A stretch of DNA of 64,000 nt from Octopus sinensis (lineage: Eukaryota), in assembly GCF_006345805.1 (NCBI RefSeq), contig NC_043004.1, positions 14,942,001-15,006,000 of the forward strand, written 5' to 3'. Below, in pieces: positions 27,297 to 41,506 of the stretch (the stretch's first letter is position 1; each line of letters starts with the position of its first letter). The position numbers and the translations under genes were made by a program. The notes beneath the pieces are model-generated. The model had not been told where the DNA came from. It ran no database searches and saw only the letters and a list, made by a program, of their open reading frames with translations.

Positions 27297-27301
<5 letters not shown>
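26855..27301. repeat. Near-perfect palindrome (arms about 185 bp) centred on a (TA)n tract
   Basis: 26855-27043 is the reverse complement of 27116-27301, with few differences (e.g. tactttggcacatatatccgtttgcacac versus gtgtgcaaacggatatatgtgccaaagta). Confidence 0.9.
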
Positions 27302-27344
<43 letters not shown>

Positions 27345-27602
27345 GTATATATTAGTTGACATGAATTCAAACATATATAGGGATATTTATATCTGTAAGT
27401 ATTCAGAATAAATATCTTTCAACATTTGCAGTGCTTCATAAGAATTATTTATGTACAGAGAAACAGATCTATATGTATGCAAATAAAAGAAATACTCTCG
27501 GAAACACCACATGGTGTTTATTTTGCTGATCTCTGTCCTTCAATTTCTTCTTTTTATCTTGAGACCTATACTATATGTGTGTTTTCATATATTGTTATAC
27601 TC

Positions 27603-27698
<96 letters not shown>

Positions 27699-27789
27699 AC
27701 AAACATAACGAGAATGGAAACGCCACAAATTTCAATCACAAAAAAAAATACATGGCATAATGGAACTTGATTATTGGGCTCGACTGAAA

Positions 27790-28212
27790 CAGCTGAAACT
27801 CTATTCTCTGCAACGCCGCCGTGAGTGATACATTATTTGCACCATGTGGAAAATATTCCACCAACATTATTCTGATGATATCGGCATTATGTTTACAATT
27901 CATCCAAGACAAGGCCCCTGTGCAATGCTTCCCCTACAATGGTCAAGATCATATCACTGTAAATAGTCCTGCTCTTATGAATGTTATCCCGAAAGAAATT
28001 GAAGTTGAAAAAGACTCCACAACTTCCAAACGGTACCTGGACAAATTCCTCCTGGAAATACCAGATAAACCACCTGGATACGTCTCAACCAACAACACAC
28101 TGCTTAAGTGCTCCATGGTGTCCTGAAATGATTATCTAAAAGACTTTTCCAGGTAGTGCTATTGAGTTAGTCATGGCCTTGGCCGATAACGACCGAAACC
28201 AGTCTAAGTTTT
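27790..28212 (+). mobile_element. CR1/L2-group LINE 3' end
   Basis: Translation includes HPRQGPCA and ITVNSPALMNVIPKEIEVEKDSTTSKRYLDKFLLEIPDKPPGYVSTNNTLL, typical of the end of ORF2. A 3' UTR ending gaccgaaaccagtctaagttt follows. Confidence 0.7.
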
Positions 28213-28719
28213 ATGTTGATGTAGATACAAAAGTAAATATATATACATATACACAAATGCACCCATATATACACACACATATGTGTTTGCATACATAGAT
28301 ACATACATATACTTATGTGTGTGTATGTGTGTGTGCATGTGCTTGTGTATTTTGTTATTGAGATTGGTACAAAAGAAAACGTGAACTCTTTAGGAATGAT
28401 GTAGATTATAATGAAAACAAGTATATTTATTAGATCCGAGAAACAACTAGAGACCAAATATGTTTAGAAAGCAGCAGAAGAATATGGTGAGTATAATTAA
28501 GTGTACTTCTGAGATAGCACTGTTGGTTAAGTGTGAAATATATTTGCACTTGGCGATGTAAATGAAAAGTGAATACTGAACAGTTTTGGGATTAGAAAGG
28601 ATAGTGTATTAATCTAGAGTAATATGTAACCGGAGTGTCAATAGAAGTGTAATACTGAATTGGTTTACTGAGATGAGTCGTATTCAACCAGGTCGCATAT
28701 GGCCTCTGAAGATCCATAT

Positions 28720-28980
28720 AAATCGTTTGGGGCTCCACGCAAGAGAATAGTAAGTTGGGGATCCACAATAGTATTTAGAGGGTCCCTGAAAAATTTTACT
28801 TTAGATGTACATATTGGTACGTATTGCAAAACATATCTGGGCTTGATGATCAATATTGTAACTAACAGTGTTGCTGTTGAAAATAACTCGGGAAATGTGT
28901 CAAAAGTCTGATGGAAGTGGAAGGGACAGCCCTCATCTGTGACCTACTTTAGGCTGAATGTATTTTTGATCAAACTTAGT
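28720..28980 (+). mobile_element. Possible decayed I/Nimb-group LINE fragment
   Basis: The segments SWG..., YCKTYLGLMINIVTN and VKSLMEVEGTAL loosely follow WG..LDYG..YG.A.KTYL..LD.I.N...SPVESLYVEAGEP. Confidence 0.3.
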
Positions 28981-29060
28981 AGTGCTGTGGAGAATAAATT
29001 ATAAATAAATATAAATCTAAGTTAGCTCTATATTTAAGAGAGGAGGAATTATGTACATTA

Positions 29061-29202
29061 TTTACATTGACGGATATTTGTCCTCATCTTGTTTGTTGTC
29101 AAACCAACGTTTCGGCTGATATACCCTCCAGCCTTTTTCAGGTGTCTTGGGGGAAATTTCGAAACTGGGTTCTCATTTCTAAGGTATTTTTCGATGTTGT
29201 TG

Positions 29203-29267
<65 letters not shown>

Positions 29268-29360
29268 GTTATTGTTATTGTTCAGGTCACTGCTTGTAAT
29301 CGAACTCGGAATCTTGGGGTTAGTAGCCCGCGCTCTTTACCACTATGCCATATGCCCTTG
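29061..29360 (-). mobile_element. Composite short element: tRNA-like Pol III head, (TAA)n spacer, 3' segment with a hammerhead-like motif (family H3)
   Basis: The minus strand reads GGGCATATGGCATAGTGG (A box)...CTACTAA loop...GAGTTCGATTAC (B box), then (TAA/CAA)n at 29195-29280, then GACAC CTGAAAA A GGCTG-gagggtatat-CAGCC GAAACGTT. Confidence 0.65.
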
Positions 29361-30269
29361 GGCATAAATCTAATTGTTATTTCCATAAGTGTAATTTTCA
29401 ACATGATTCTTTGTTTCTCATTATATATGGTCTATTAACTTTATAATTAAGCCTCAATGTGACGATCTTTACTGAGAATTTGTACCTAGTCATTCCTTTC
29501 AGCTATCGCATAATTCAGAGTTTATTGAGAGGAGCCGTCTAGTTATATTCTAGAAAATAAAATAAGGGTTAAAATATCACCTAACTAATATGGATAACAC
29601 TTACTCACGAATATATTCTATACTATCAGAATCATATATTTAAGTAATAAACTTTTTCTCTCATAAACGTGTGAAATGTATTTATATTTTTTTCAGAAGT
29701 ATATCAGGAATATCAGCTAAAACAAGAAATTAGTTATCGTTTTCATGTCAAGAAATTTTGATTTTATTATAAAAACTACTGCACTAGGTCAAGAGACAAT
29801 TCCAGCATCCGTGTCATAATTGAAAGATAATTTTAAATTCTACAAAACCTTAATTAGGGAATCAGTATTTCACGTTGAAAAACCACATTTCAAATGATGT
29901 TCGACGTATGTAACCGTCACGATGTTCTGTATAATCTTATAGAGGTATTTATGAGATTGTATTCATGCATACATACACACGCACACAAACAACACACACA
30001 CACAAACACACTCACATATACATATATATGTATAAGAAAGGAAGAATAGTGATAGTAAGAATCACAGAAAGGTAGAGTGAGACTGAAATGATTATAAACG
30101 CAGCTGTATATCTTCAGTGAGATACGAGTAAAGAAAGAAACAATATTTAGTTGTAACTTACCTGCGAGTCTTGAAGCTTAGATATGCACGCATTGAAAAT
30201 AAAATATGTTATCTGGCAGGACTCAACTCATCCTTATGATCTTAGAACAAATTATCAGCACTTCAAAGA

Positions 30270-30304
<35 letters not shown>

Positions 30305-30319
30305 ATACTATAGATATAT

Positions 30320-30364
<45 letters not shown>

Positions 30365-30480
30365 ATGTATGTATGTATATACATCTATATATATATATAC
30401 ATACAATATACATACATATATATATATATATTTATATATATATATATAAGCATACATACGCAACATAGGCATATGTCATA

Positions 30481-30541
<61 letters not shown>

Positions 30542-31304
30542 CATACGTCAATATAATATATATGCAAATGTAAGTGCATATAGATATATATGTACACACA
30601 CACACAACACACTCACATACACAATATATATGAACATATGTACACAATACAGTACGTTAGTATAGTAGAATTAAGCGTGGAAAAGCATCAGCAACGAAAG
30701 AGGTGATGAAAAACTGATAACAGATATTAAAATTGTCCATTCGTTCAAAAAGCAGTGCTTGTCATAATCAAGTAGATTTCTGGGGTTTTTTTTTTCAAAT
30801 ATCAAAAATTAAAGTATTGCTTTTAAAATAAATCTCGTATTGAAAAACGTATATTCACATGCATGTAAATATTTAGCGTGGTTTCTTCCAGCTGCTTAAC
30901 GTGTTCAACATTCGGACTTGCAGTGTCTGTAAAATAGTGTGCAATTAATATTGGAGACGATTGAAATAACTGCTGTTTTGTGCCAACATGCAATGACCTA
31001 ACAGTAATATATTACACTAATATATTACAGTAAAAGCAAAATTCCCGTACAAATGTGAGTCTCTAATGTTTATGGAATTACACTCATATAGGACTACACC
31101 ACCTTCACAATGGTATTCACTCACACGTACATATGATTATCTCCACATACAAGAATACAAGATTAACACTGAATGCAATGTGAACAGTACAAAGGGACCA
31201 TGTTTTCAACACACCAGTTTTAGAGGGTGTCAGTTTTCTCGCTAAAGCGCTTTCAGCTTAAATATATATATATGTGTGTGTGTGTGTGTGTATACATACA
31301 TATA

Positions 31305-31335
<31 letters not shown>

Positions 31336-31574
31336 CTGTGTGTGTATATATATACACACAAAATGCATACATGCAGGCATACACATACACACACATATAG
31401 ACAACCTACATTTCTCCGTCCAGGGTTTATATGCACCATTATCATTCTATTTTTAGTAATTGCGCGGTGATCGCTTATAATCACTAAGCTTATAAAATAC
31501 TATAGTTATTATTTACAGAATTATAAAAATCGACGCTCCTTAACAAAACCATATATATATATATATATATATTA

Positions 31575-31608
<34 letters not shown>

Positions 31609-33660
31609 TATATATATGTATACATATATATGTAAGCATATATACATACATATACGTACATACTTATATATGTATATACATATTCATATATGGGTACAGG
31701 ATGTCATAAAACGTAAACAACATGAAATACGGAATAGGAACACACACACACATACACACAACCACACACATATATGTATATATATATACACCCCCACACA
31801 CATATATGTACATACATACAGACACACACATATATATACAAGGACGGAAAAACGGAGAAATGTTACATAAATACAAATGCAAATAACACGACATAACAAC
31901 AGGTATCTTTCGATTGAGGAAGAATTGAATTAAGCTGGCGTGTGTGAAAGTGAAGCCTTACGGCAGGGACATATGAGATTATAGGCATGGGGAAGAATAT
32001 AGATATTGTACGGATGATCGTTGAACCAAGAAATAAAGGTTAGGCTTGGCCGAACACTGGTCACGTGGGGAGAGAGACAGGAGTAAATACTATGGAAAAT
32101 CTTTTCCTCAATATAATTTTTAAAATACCATCGTTTATGACATTTAACTTGAATCCAATGTACGATTATTTCAATTGTATTATCGTTATAAGTAAATAAA
32201 AAAATAGAAAGAAAGCACAATTTATCATTTCATTATTAAGTTCATTCATAATCCTCCGAGCAGATTGAACATTGCGTATGCCTAACTATCATCATGTAAC
32301 TAATGAACATTAATGCCCGTGAATAATGAATGAACTTCAAAATGTTTTACATAAACATTGCTCCAAAATACGCCTCGTTTTGCCTATTCAAAAATTGCTA
32401 CTTCATTCAGAAATTAAAATTCCCTCTCTATCAAAATATTGCACACAGCAAAAGTTCATTACAACTATGTATGCGGTGAATGATATTCTTTCTCTTCTTG
32501 CGTCGACCTATTCATTGAATTCTATTTCCAAATAAATCCATATTTCAACTATTGAAATCTAACACGGCAGTTGAATGAACCAATATGTTATTATAAAAAC
32601 AGCCATTTTTAGCAACACGGATTTTGAATGGTTTTCAGATTATCAAGTGCATCTCTTTCTTATTAAAGTTTTAGCACCCACCAATGTTTCTATCAACACC
32701 AGATGCTGTATTTTGTTCCTGAACAAACAAAAAACATAAATTCATATTTGTATATATTAATATTTGTATGTTTGTATGCAAGATGACTACCTACGTATGT
32801 ACATATGTATGCATGTATATGCCATATATGTACGTACGTATTTACATATGTTTGTATGTAACTGATTTCTCTAACCTCTGACTGTCTGCCTCTCTCACTC
32901 TCTTCATATAGGAAAAATATATGTATATAACTGCACACACTCATTTACGTGTGTACGTACATATACACATACATATATATATAAATATATATGCACATAC
33001 ATGCGCGCGCACGTGAGTGGGAGAGTAAGGGACAGTGTAGAAAGAGTGAGAGTAAGAGCGAGAGAAAGAGGGAGTGAATATGTGTATATGTCTGCGTATC
33101 TGAGCAGGACAACTTGTGGTGTGTATAATTACGTATTCCAAGGATGAGTATTTGTGTAATTGCTTAGTACACAGAAACTTAGATGTGTTTGTCTATCCAG
33201 ATGTTTCAAATATATATAAGTTACACTTTTTGACAATTTCCCAACCATTTAGTTTGGGCGTTGTATTGCAAATCATGGAAGCTTTAAGTAATTTTATTGC
33301 TAATGTTACTTACATTACAGAGCTTATACTTTCGACCAAATCATACCTTTGTAAATCGAATCGCTTAATAAGTATTCTAGGTTTATTACGCATGTATAAT
33401 TGCAGGTAACACAATCAACACAATTGTTTTACCAGTATTCAGCCCACAAGAATATCTCGTTCTATAAAACATCTCTTAACATATCATTAAATTCCATGAA
33501 GGTCGAGTTAGCTCTGTGTTATTCTGAAGTCCTTAAAATACGTGTGCACATGCACATTTCACGTATTTCTCTCACTCTCTCTTTATATCTATATCTATAT
33601 ATTCCTATATCTATATTCATTTATCTATGTACACACACGCACACATACATCTATATATAT

Positions 33661-33850
33661 AGGGGGAGAATTTACTAAAAAACAAAGGACGAAGATAGAT
33701 GGTATCAGCAACAAACAGATGTATTAGTATAACGCTCGGGAAGTGAAAAAGTCTTTAACGTTTCAAGCATACGCTCATCCACAGAATGGAGCACAGAAAA
33801 AGCAAGGAGAGAAAACAAAGAATGTGTAGTGGCTAGCGTTCTATCATGGC
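33661..33850 (-). mobile_element. Family H1 short Penelope-like element, copy 3
   Basis: Homologous to 6783-6960; motif at 33751-33790. Confidence 0.6.
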
Positions 33851-33925
33851 GAATATATGTATACATATATGTGTGTGCATATATATATATAATATATATA
33901 TATATATTATATATATATATATATA

Positions 33926-34016
<91 letters not shown>

Positions 34017-34854
34017 TACATATGAATATATATATATATATACATATATTTACACATGGATATATACATATATTACATATGAATCTATATATACATACAT
34101 ACGCACATACATACATAAATACATATATACATACATACACATAAATACATATATACATACATACACCCGCGCGCCCGCTCACACAGTCAGACACTCACAC
34201 ACATATCTACAAATATTTTCGATTAAATACGCTATAAAAATTTCCATTCTGTAATTGACTTTATTAGTTACAGATGAATGAACACTGAAAAATTAGAGTT
34301 CAAACATGGACGATAATTTCAGAGATACAAGTTTTCTATTTAACAGGTTACTTGGAATTTTCGAATATAATTTTTCTTCTATTATATATTAAACCCAAAT
34401 AAACCTATATGTTTTGAGAACTCTAGATAGAAATTTTGATATGTAACTGATGACCGCTAGAGAAAAGTTTGAAATAAATACAGTTAACCTGCTTTCCGTT
34501 TTAACTATCTAATTTATCTTAACGCGATGAATAGTTATAAACTGCATGCTTAGAATATGCGTACCGAATAAATTACTGCGAGAATGTTTCATATAAATAA
34601 TATTATTGGAACGGCAGAAATTATATCTTACATTACATCTAAATATGTTATTCCCCATTAATGCTATTTAACTGTCAATTAATCGAAATTACGCCATTGA
34701 ATACATTGATTTAATTTCTTTTTTCCGTTATGTGACGCGACAAGCTAATACATGGTCAACATGGAATGTACAACATTTTTGCTTACATTCAATAAAAATC
34801 GAGTACGTTCAAGTTAAAAGCTGCCGAATCTTCTTGACTCTTGTATACGACTCA

Positions 34855-35059
34855 TTCTTTTTACTTGTTTCAGTCATTTGACTGTGGCCATGCTGGAGCA
34901 CCGCCTTTAGTCGTGCAAATCGACCCCAGGACTGATACTTTGTAAGCCTAGTACTTATTCTATCGGTCTCTTTTGCCGAACCGCTAAATTACGGGGACGT
35001 AAACACACCAGCATCAGTTGTCAAGCCGATGGGGGGAACTAACACAGACACACAAATAT

Positions 35060-35151
<92 letters not shown>

Positions 35152-35310
35152 TATACATATATACGACGGGCTTCTTTCAGTTTCCGTCTATCAAATCCAC
35201 TCACAAGGCTTGGTCGGCTCGAGGCTATAGTAGAAGGCGCCCAAGCTCCTACGCAGTGGGACTGAACCCGGAACCATGTGGTTGGTAATCAAGCTACTTA
35301 CTCCTACGCC
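34855..35310 (-). mobile_element. SINE family A copy
   Basis: Homologous to 20002-20398. Confidence 0.9.
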
Positions 35311-36039
35311 ACTGACATTTTATGTTTTCGAACACGCTATACATTTTCAACACCGAAATTCATCTCATACTGCATAGTTTAACCAGAGACACGTTTATAA
35401 AAATAGGATTGAAATGACACGTCCACAAAAATAGGATTGAAATGGAGCTATGCATAGTTTCACAGTTAGACAGATATGGAGAGAGATGCATGTATATGTG
35501 TCACCAGAGTGCAGAGATAGATATGTAGGGAGAGGCTTGTATATAACTTATTTTATTGATTCTGTTCATAGGCTTAACACAAATTAACAAATTGATGAAA
35601 TTACTTTATCATCAGAAAGAATGCGCTGCATTATTTGTTATTTGATCTGGCCGAACTTTTCCTTTCATTTTCTTGGTGGGGGTGGATGAGAATTGGAGGA
35701 GTATTGATAATAAATTGCCATTTAATTACTGCAATCGATTCTTCTCTCTCTTTTATATTTCCCTCTCTTCTCTCTTCCCTAAACACCCTCTCTCTCTCTT
35801 TCTCTCTTGGTGCTTCTCCCCCTCTCAATGAATTAGATACGTTGTTCTGTGTCAAGTGTCATGGAGTACAGTAACAACTTAATTCACTTGTCAAATAGAA
35901 AAAATATGAAGGACAGTGTTAGCAGGTGCATATCATAGAAACCAATATCATATGATAAGGTACCGTGGTATAATTTGGGACATCAATGACGCTGCGTATT
36001 ACAAAACGCTAACATTGCAAGGAATACTCATACTCAATT

Positions 36040-36390
36040 ATTAGACTGTGGTCATGCTGGGGCACTTCCTTGAAGAATTTTAGTCGAATGAATCGAGTCC
36101 AGCACTTATTTTCTTCTTTTAATTCTGGTATTCTATCGGACTTCTGTGGCCGAACCACTAAGCTGCAGGATCGTAAACATACCAACACCGGTTCTCAATC
36201 GTTGGAGTGGGGAGGGGCAAATAAAGTCACAAAGACACACACTCATATGTGTGTGTGTGTATGACAGGTTTCTTTCAATTTCCGCCAACCAAATTCACTG
36301 TGTTAGAAAACACTTGACTAAGTTGCCATTCAGTGAGACCAAACACAGAACCAAGGGGTCGGGAAGTAAGCTTCTTATCACATCTTACGC
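36040..36390 (-). mobile_element. SINE family A-related copy, degenerate
   Basis: gactgtggtcatgctgggg...gccgaaccactaag...aatttccgccaaccaaattcact matches family A text. Confidence 0.7.
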
Positions 36391-36517
36391 CTAATAACAC
36401 TTTTAAAGTGGTTTGGTACAAGGAAATATTTATATGTTGCATCACATTTCGATCTTTCTATTGGCTTTTTTACTTTTCAACGCAAAACGTTAAAGCAAAT
36501 TTACGCTCTTTCTACGC

Positions 36518-36641
36518 CTAGTAGCAGTAGAAGTAGAAGTCGTAGTAGCAGTAGTGTCAGTAGCAGCAGCTTCAGCAGCGTCAACAGCAGCAGCGGTAGC
36601 GGCGGCAGCAGATGTAGTAGTAGTATTTTTAGTAAAAACAT

Positions 36642-36699
<58 letters not shown>

Positions 36700-36700
36700 T
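36518..36700. repeat. (TAG)n/(CAG)n cryptic trinucleotide tract
   Basis: Directly visible. It explains the poly-Thr/Ala ORF at 36490-36711. Confidence 0.9.
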
Positions 36701-37527
36701 AATCTTTCCATTTATCTATTTCCCTTCGTAATTCATTGCTCAATCCAGTGCAGTGTAGTGTGATCAAACTGGAATGTTCACACTTGTAAAGCGAAATCTG
36801 AAAAACAGAGCCACGCCTTCGCCCTTTTAAAGTTAGAATTATCAAAACTGCTCAATATTCGGTTAAAATCTCGATAATATTGATTGTTTCTGAACTCAGT
36901 GCGTCATTGATTTTAAATTCTTGTTAAATTCTGGTATTAAAACCAATTTAGTATCTGGAAATGTATTGGGTATTACGTCCTTCCTAAGATAATTGCGGTT
37001 GAGGGCTAATACATCAAAGTGTTTTAGTTTATGTATGATTTGAGAACGTTTAAGATATGACTACTGTTTCTCCATCAGATTTGATGCAGATTAACAACGT
37101 TTTCTCTGCATTACAAATAGCCCCTTTCTTAGTTCATTTCTATAATTGATGTTACAATGATGTCAGAAAAATAGATGAGCATAAATTATGGTTTGAATTC
37201 GAATTACAACATGTAACTATGGACTAAGCTATAATTGCTGACTCACAGCTAAAATCGCCCCCTAAAGTATATAATTCTTCATTATGTTATACAATATTAA
37301 GCCGTATTAAATTGAGGAAATTTGCAGCAGTAAGCTGAAAAGTAAATTACAGGGAAGATTTGGTTTATCCAAATGCACAAACTTTTCTATTAAAATCTGA
37401 AGAGCATTCTTAACATGAAAGGGTTTCTATTCAGAGATTCTATCCGTTAATTACCTACATGCATGTTTCAATTAAATCCTTCTATCTCAGGTCAAGACAT
37501 ATACTCCTACATTATCTGTAACTACAA

Positions 37528-38105
37528 GGTGGCGAGCTGGCAGAAACGTTGGCACGCCGGGCGAAATGCTTAGCAGTATTTCGTCTGCCGCTACGTTCTG
37601 AGTTCATATTACGCCAAGGTTGACTTTGCCTTTCATCCTTTCGGGGTCGATAAATTAAGTACCAGTTACGCACTGGGGGCGATATAATCGACTTAATCCA
37701 TTTGTCTATCCTTGTTCGTCCCCTCTGTGTGTATCTTCTTATGGGTAGTAAAAAATAGGTATTTCGTCTGCCGCTACGTTGAAAATTCAAACTTCGCGGA
37801 GGTCGACTTTGCCTTCCATCCTTTCGAGGTCGATTAAATAAGTACCAGTTACGCACTGGTGTCGATATAATCGACTTAATCCATTTGTCTGTCCTTGTTT
37901 GTCCCCTCTGTGTTTAGCTCCTTGTGGGTAGTAAAGAAATATGTATTTCGTCTGTCTTAACGTTCTGAGTTTAAATTCCGCCGAGGTCGACTTTACCTTT
38001 TATCTTTTCGGGATCGATAAATTAAGTACCAGTTGCGTATTGAGGTTGATCTAATCGACTGGCTCCCTTCCCTCCACCAAATTGCAGGCCTTGTGCCTAT
38101 AGTGG
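37528..38105 (+). mobile_element. SINE family B, trimeric form (three body units, period 183-184 bp)
   Basis: Head ggcgagctggcagaaacgttggcacgccgggcg. The unit start gtatttcgtctg occurs at 37576, 37759 and 37943. Confidence 0.9.
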
Positions 38106-39477
38106 AATGAATTTTGGGGAATGAAGAAGTATGCACAGGTTAAATTAAAATGAAATTATTTACTTAATTAACAGCCACATAATAAATTTACTTTTCAGAA
38201 AGGATAGCATTCAATTAAAATGGTAATAAGTTCGCTGACGGAATGTTTAATTTAATACTATAAAATTGATAACTATATCAAATAAAACAACAAATCTAGT
38301 TAAATATAAATAAATAATTTAGCCTATCTAAATTTTAAATGAGACTGTAATTATTATGCAGTGCACTTTGAACTTATGTGTGTATGTGTATATATAATTA
38401 TATTCATAAAATAACCAAATTGCAATGTCCCCGATGCATAAGACAAACATTTATATATGCTAACCTCACATAAACATGCACGCATACACGTACGAATTTA
38501 CATACATATACATGTGTTTGTGTATTTACGTGCGTGTGTCTTACTCTTTATTTTCCCCTCTCCCTCTTTCTCTGTATATATACATACATACTCATAAATA
38601 TACAGAGAAGCACACAAACACACATTGATATATGCAAATCTGAAACTATGTGCGTGGATACTCGGAAATGTTTCGTTCTCTGAGATAAGGTAATTATCGA
38701 TATGACATTTATAATCACATGTACACCAGTGGGGTACACAGATATCGGGACAAAACAAATTGACGGAATCTTTGTTTCCATGAAAGATACAAATCAACAC
38801 GTAAGAATATTATAAAAGATTTCTATGAAAAATACTTTAAGATCTAATATGGCGATTTTACACTAGTATAAAACTAGAGAAAACTAGAATAATAAATAGA
38901 AAGATTTTAAAATATTGTTCTTTATATTTCTAATATTCTGGCATTCTGAAGTTCAACAGAAGTGATTTCGTCGAAATTGTATGCATAATTTTTTTATGGA
39001 GAAAGAAAATTATCCGTACACGTTAACGTATTGAACTTTATGATGTTCACAAATAGATATATTACCATATCTAGAACATATAATTCCTTCTAAATTCTCG
39101 CCGGAGAGACACAGTGACTAATGCAAGCAATTATCATATACGTATTGGAAGAAGAATGAAATTCGTGTAACCAGGACCAAAAGCAACATGAAGCCGTTCA
39201 TAGAGAAACTAATAATTTCCCCTATATGGTATTCATGTATTGCATATTTTACTTTTATACATCGAGTTAATTAAATATAGGTCTTGTTTTAACATTTGGG
39301 TTAAACGATAAAACCTTATAGTAATACACATAAAAATACATATGCATGACGTGCTATGACAATGTTATATTAATCATTACAGAGATGTAGCAGATAGCGT
39401 ATTCTTAATCTACGGAGTAGAGATGAATGATAAACCTATGTGTATGCACATCCATTTTATATAGTTTATTATATATG

Positions 39478-39607
<130 letters not shown>

Positions 39608-40244
39608 GTATGTATATATATATAATATAATATATATATAATATATATATGTGTGTGTGTGTTTGTGTTTATAGATGTACTCGCAATACACATACAAACA
39701 CGCATATATACGTATACATTTATACGTACAGTATATTGCACACGTACGCCGCATGCATATATTATATATGTATAAATTTATACTCGACTTGCTGCATACA
39801 TATTTGTTTAATGGGGTACATTGTAGTTTTTGTTTCCTTAAATAATACCACGTGTTTATCAATTAATCCTAGTATTTATCATAATAATAAAAATAATAAA
39901 ATTAATAAAGCTCGATAGAAAACCGAAGTGAATGAAAACATTTTCGAGGAGTTCACTTCAAATACGGGAATAGTTTGGCGCCAAGCACAGAAAAATCGAT
40001 GTCCTTTTGGATTCAGTTGCTGTATTGAGGAATTATTGAAGGTCACTTATAGTGCAATAAACCGATCGCTTGACCTGTTATTGAACGTCTGTATATTGGA
40101 TACTCTAATTTAGATTCTAGACATGAACAGAATTTGAATTCACTCGCTAATATCCTATATTCACAAATAGACAACACACTTAAGCAATTTCTAATCCTTT
40201 ATGCAAACGCATAGGCACAAAGACACGCACAAACTTGTTTGCAA

Positions 40245-40303
<59 letters not shown>

Positions 40304-40319
40304 CGTTTGTGCGTGTGTG

Positions 40320-40354
<35 letters not shown>

Positions 40355-40356
<2 letters not shown>

Positions 40357-40655
40357 AGGCGCAATGGCCCAGTGGTTAGGACAGCGGACTCGCGGTCGGA
40401 GGATCGTGGTTTCGATATCCAGACCGGGCGCTGTGTGTGTTTATTTAGCAAAAACACCTAAAAGCTCCACGAGGCTCCGGCAGTGTGTGGTGGCGACCCT
40501 TGTTGTACTCTTACATCCCAACTTTTTCTCACTTTCTCTTCCTGTTTCTTGAGTTACGCTGCGATGGACTGGCGTCCCGTTCAGCTGGGGGGAACACATA
40601 CGCCATAGAAACCGGGAAACCGGACCCATGAGCCTGGCTAGGCTTGTACAGGGCC
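40355..40655 (+). mobile_element. tRNA-derived SINE family C
   Basis: ggaggcgcaatggcccagtggttagg (A box) and ggtttcgatatcc (B box). The body gcgatggactggcgtcccg...gaaaccgggaaacc is homologous to 54351-54650. Confidence 0.9.
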
Positions 40656-40656
40656 C

Positions 40657-40703
<47 letters not shown>

Positions 40704-41278
40704 ATAATATATATATATATAATATATAGATAGATAGATAATAGATAGATAGATATAGATATAAATATATATATATATATATTATATATATATATACACA
40801 CATATTCACACATATGTATATATATACATATTTATATATATATATTCATGCTTGTGTCTGTGTAGGCATATGCGTGCCTTTGCGTCAATGAGTTAGCCTT
40901 GTGTGCGTGTACTCATACAATAATTCACGCCTAACCTACAATTATACATAGATCCTAAGATACTGAGGACAAAAATTAACGGGTTGAGGAATATCCAACT
41001 GAAACACTTTAATAAAATTCATTTCGAATGAGGGATAAAGCAGAATTAAAAAGATCAGTCGAAATTATTAGCAGAAGAGAGACATTAATTCGTCGGAAAG
41101 TCCTTAAATTTTTTAAGAATTTCCGTACAAGTAAATAATGATAAGTTCTACTGAAAATGTAGACAAACGAGAGTAAAGTTTTAAAGTACTAAAAGCTTAA
41201 AAACCATTTATATATAAAAGACTGTTGATAGCCTTTCAAGTCAAATCTGCTATGTTAACTGCGAAAAGAGTAGCGACC

Positions 41279-41429
<151 letters not shown>

Positions 41430-41466
41430 CATATAGGAAAAACTACTGCTGCTATATATATGTATA

Positions 41467-41506
<40 letters not shown>

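Noticed and set aside
28150-28212. gaccgaaaccagtc in the LINE 3' UTR as a hammerhead
   Set aside because: There is no CUGANGA strand upstream, so it is better explained as the LINE terminal stem-loop.
29283-29354. tRNA gene (anticodon ACT), and likewise the tRNA-like heads at 40355 and 54600
   Set aside because: The acceptor and anticodon stems pair poorly and the heads run into SINE bodies, so they are treated as SINE heads rather than tRNA genes.
36490-36711. Mucin-like poly-Thr/Ala ORF on the minus strand
   Set aside because: It is fully explained by a (TAG)/(CAG) microsatellite like those at 17736-17800 and 49184-49280, and has no in-frame splice support.
37397-37430. CTGAAGA...GAAA motif pairs here and at 2792-2815 and 46722-46741
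   Set aside because: Stems II and I do not pair, so these are chance matches.
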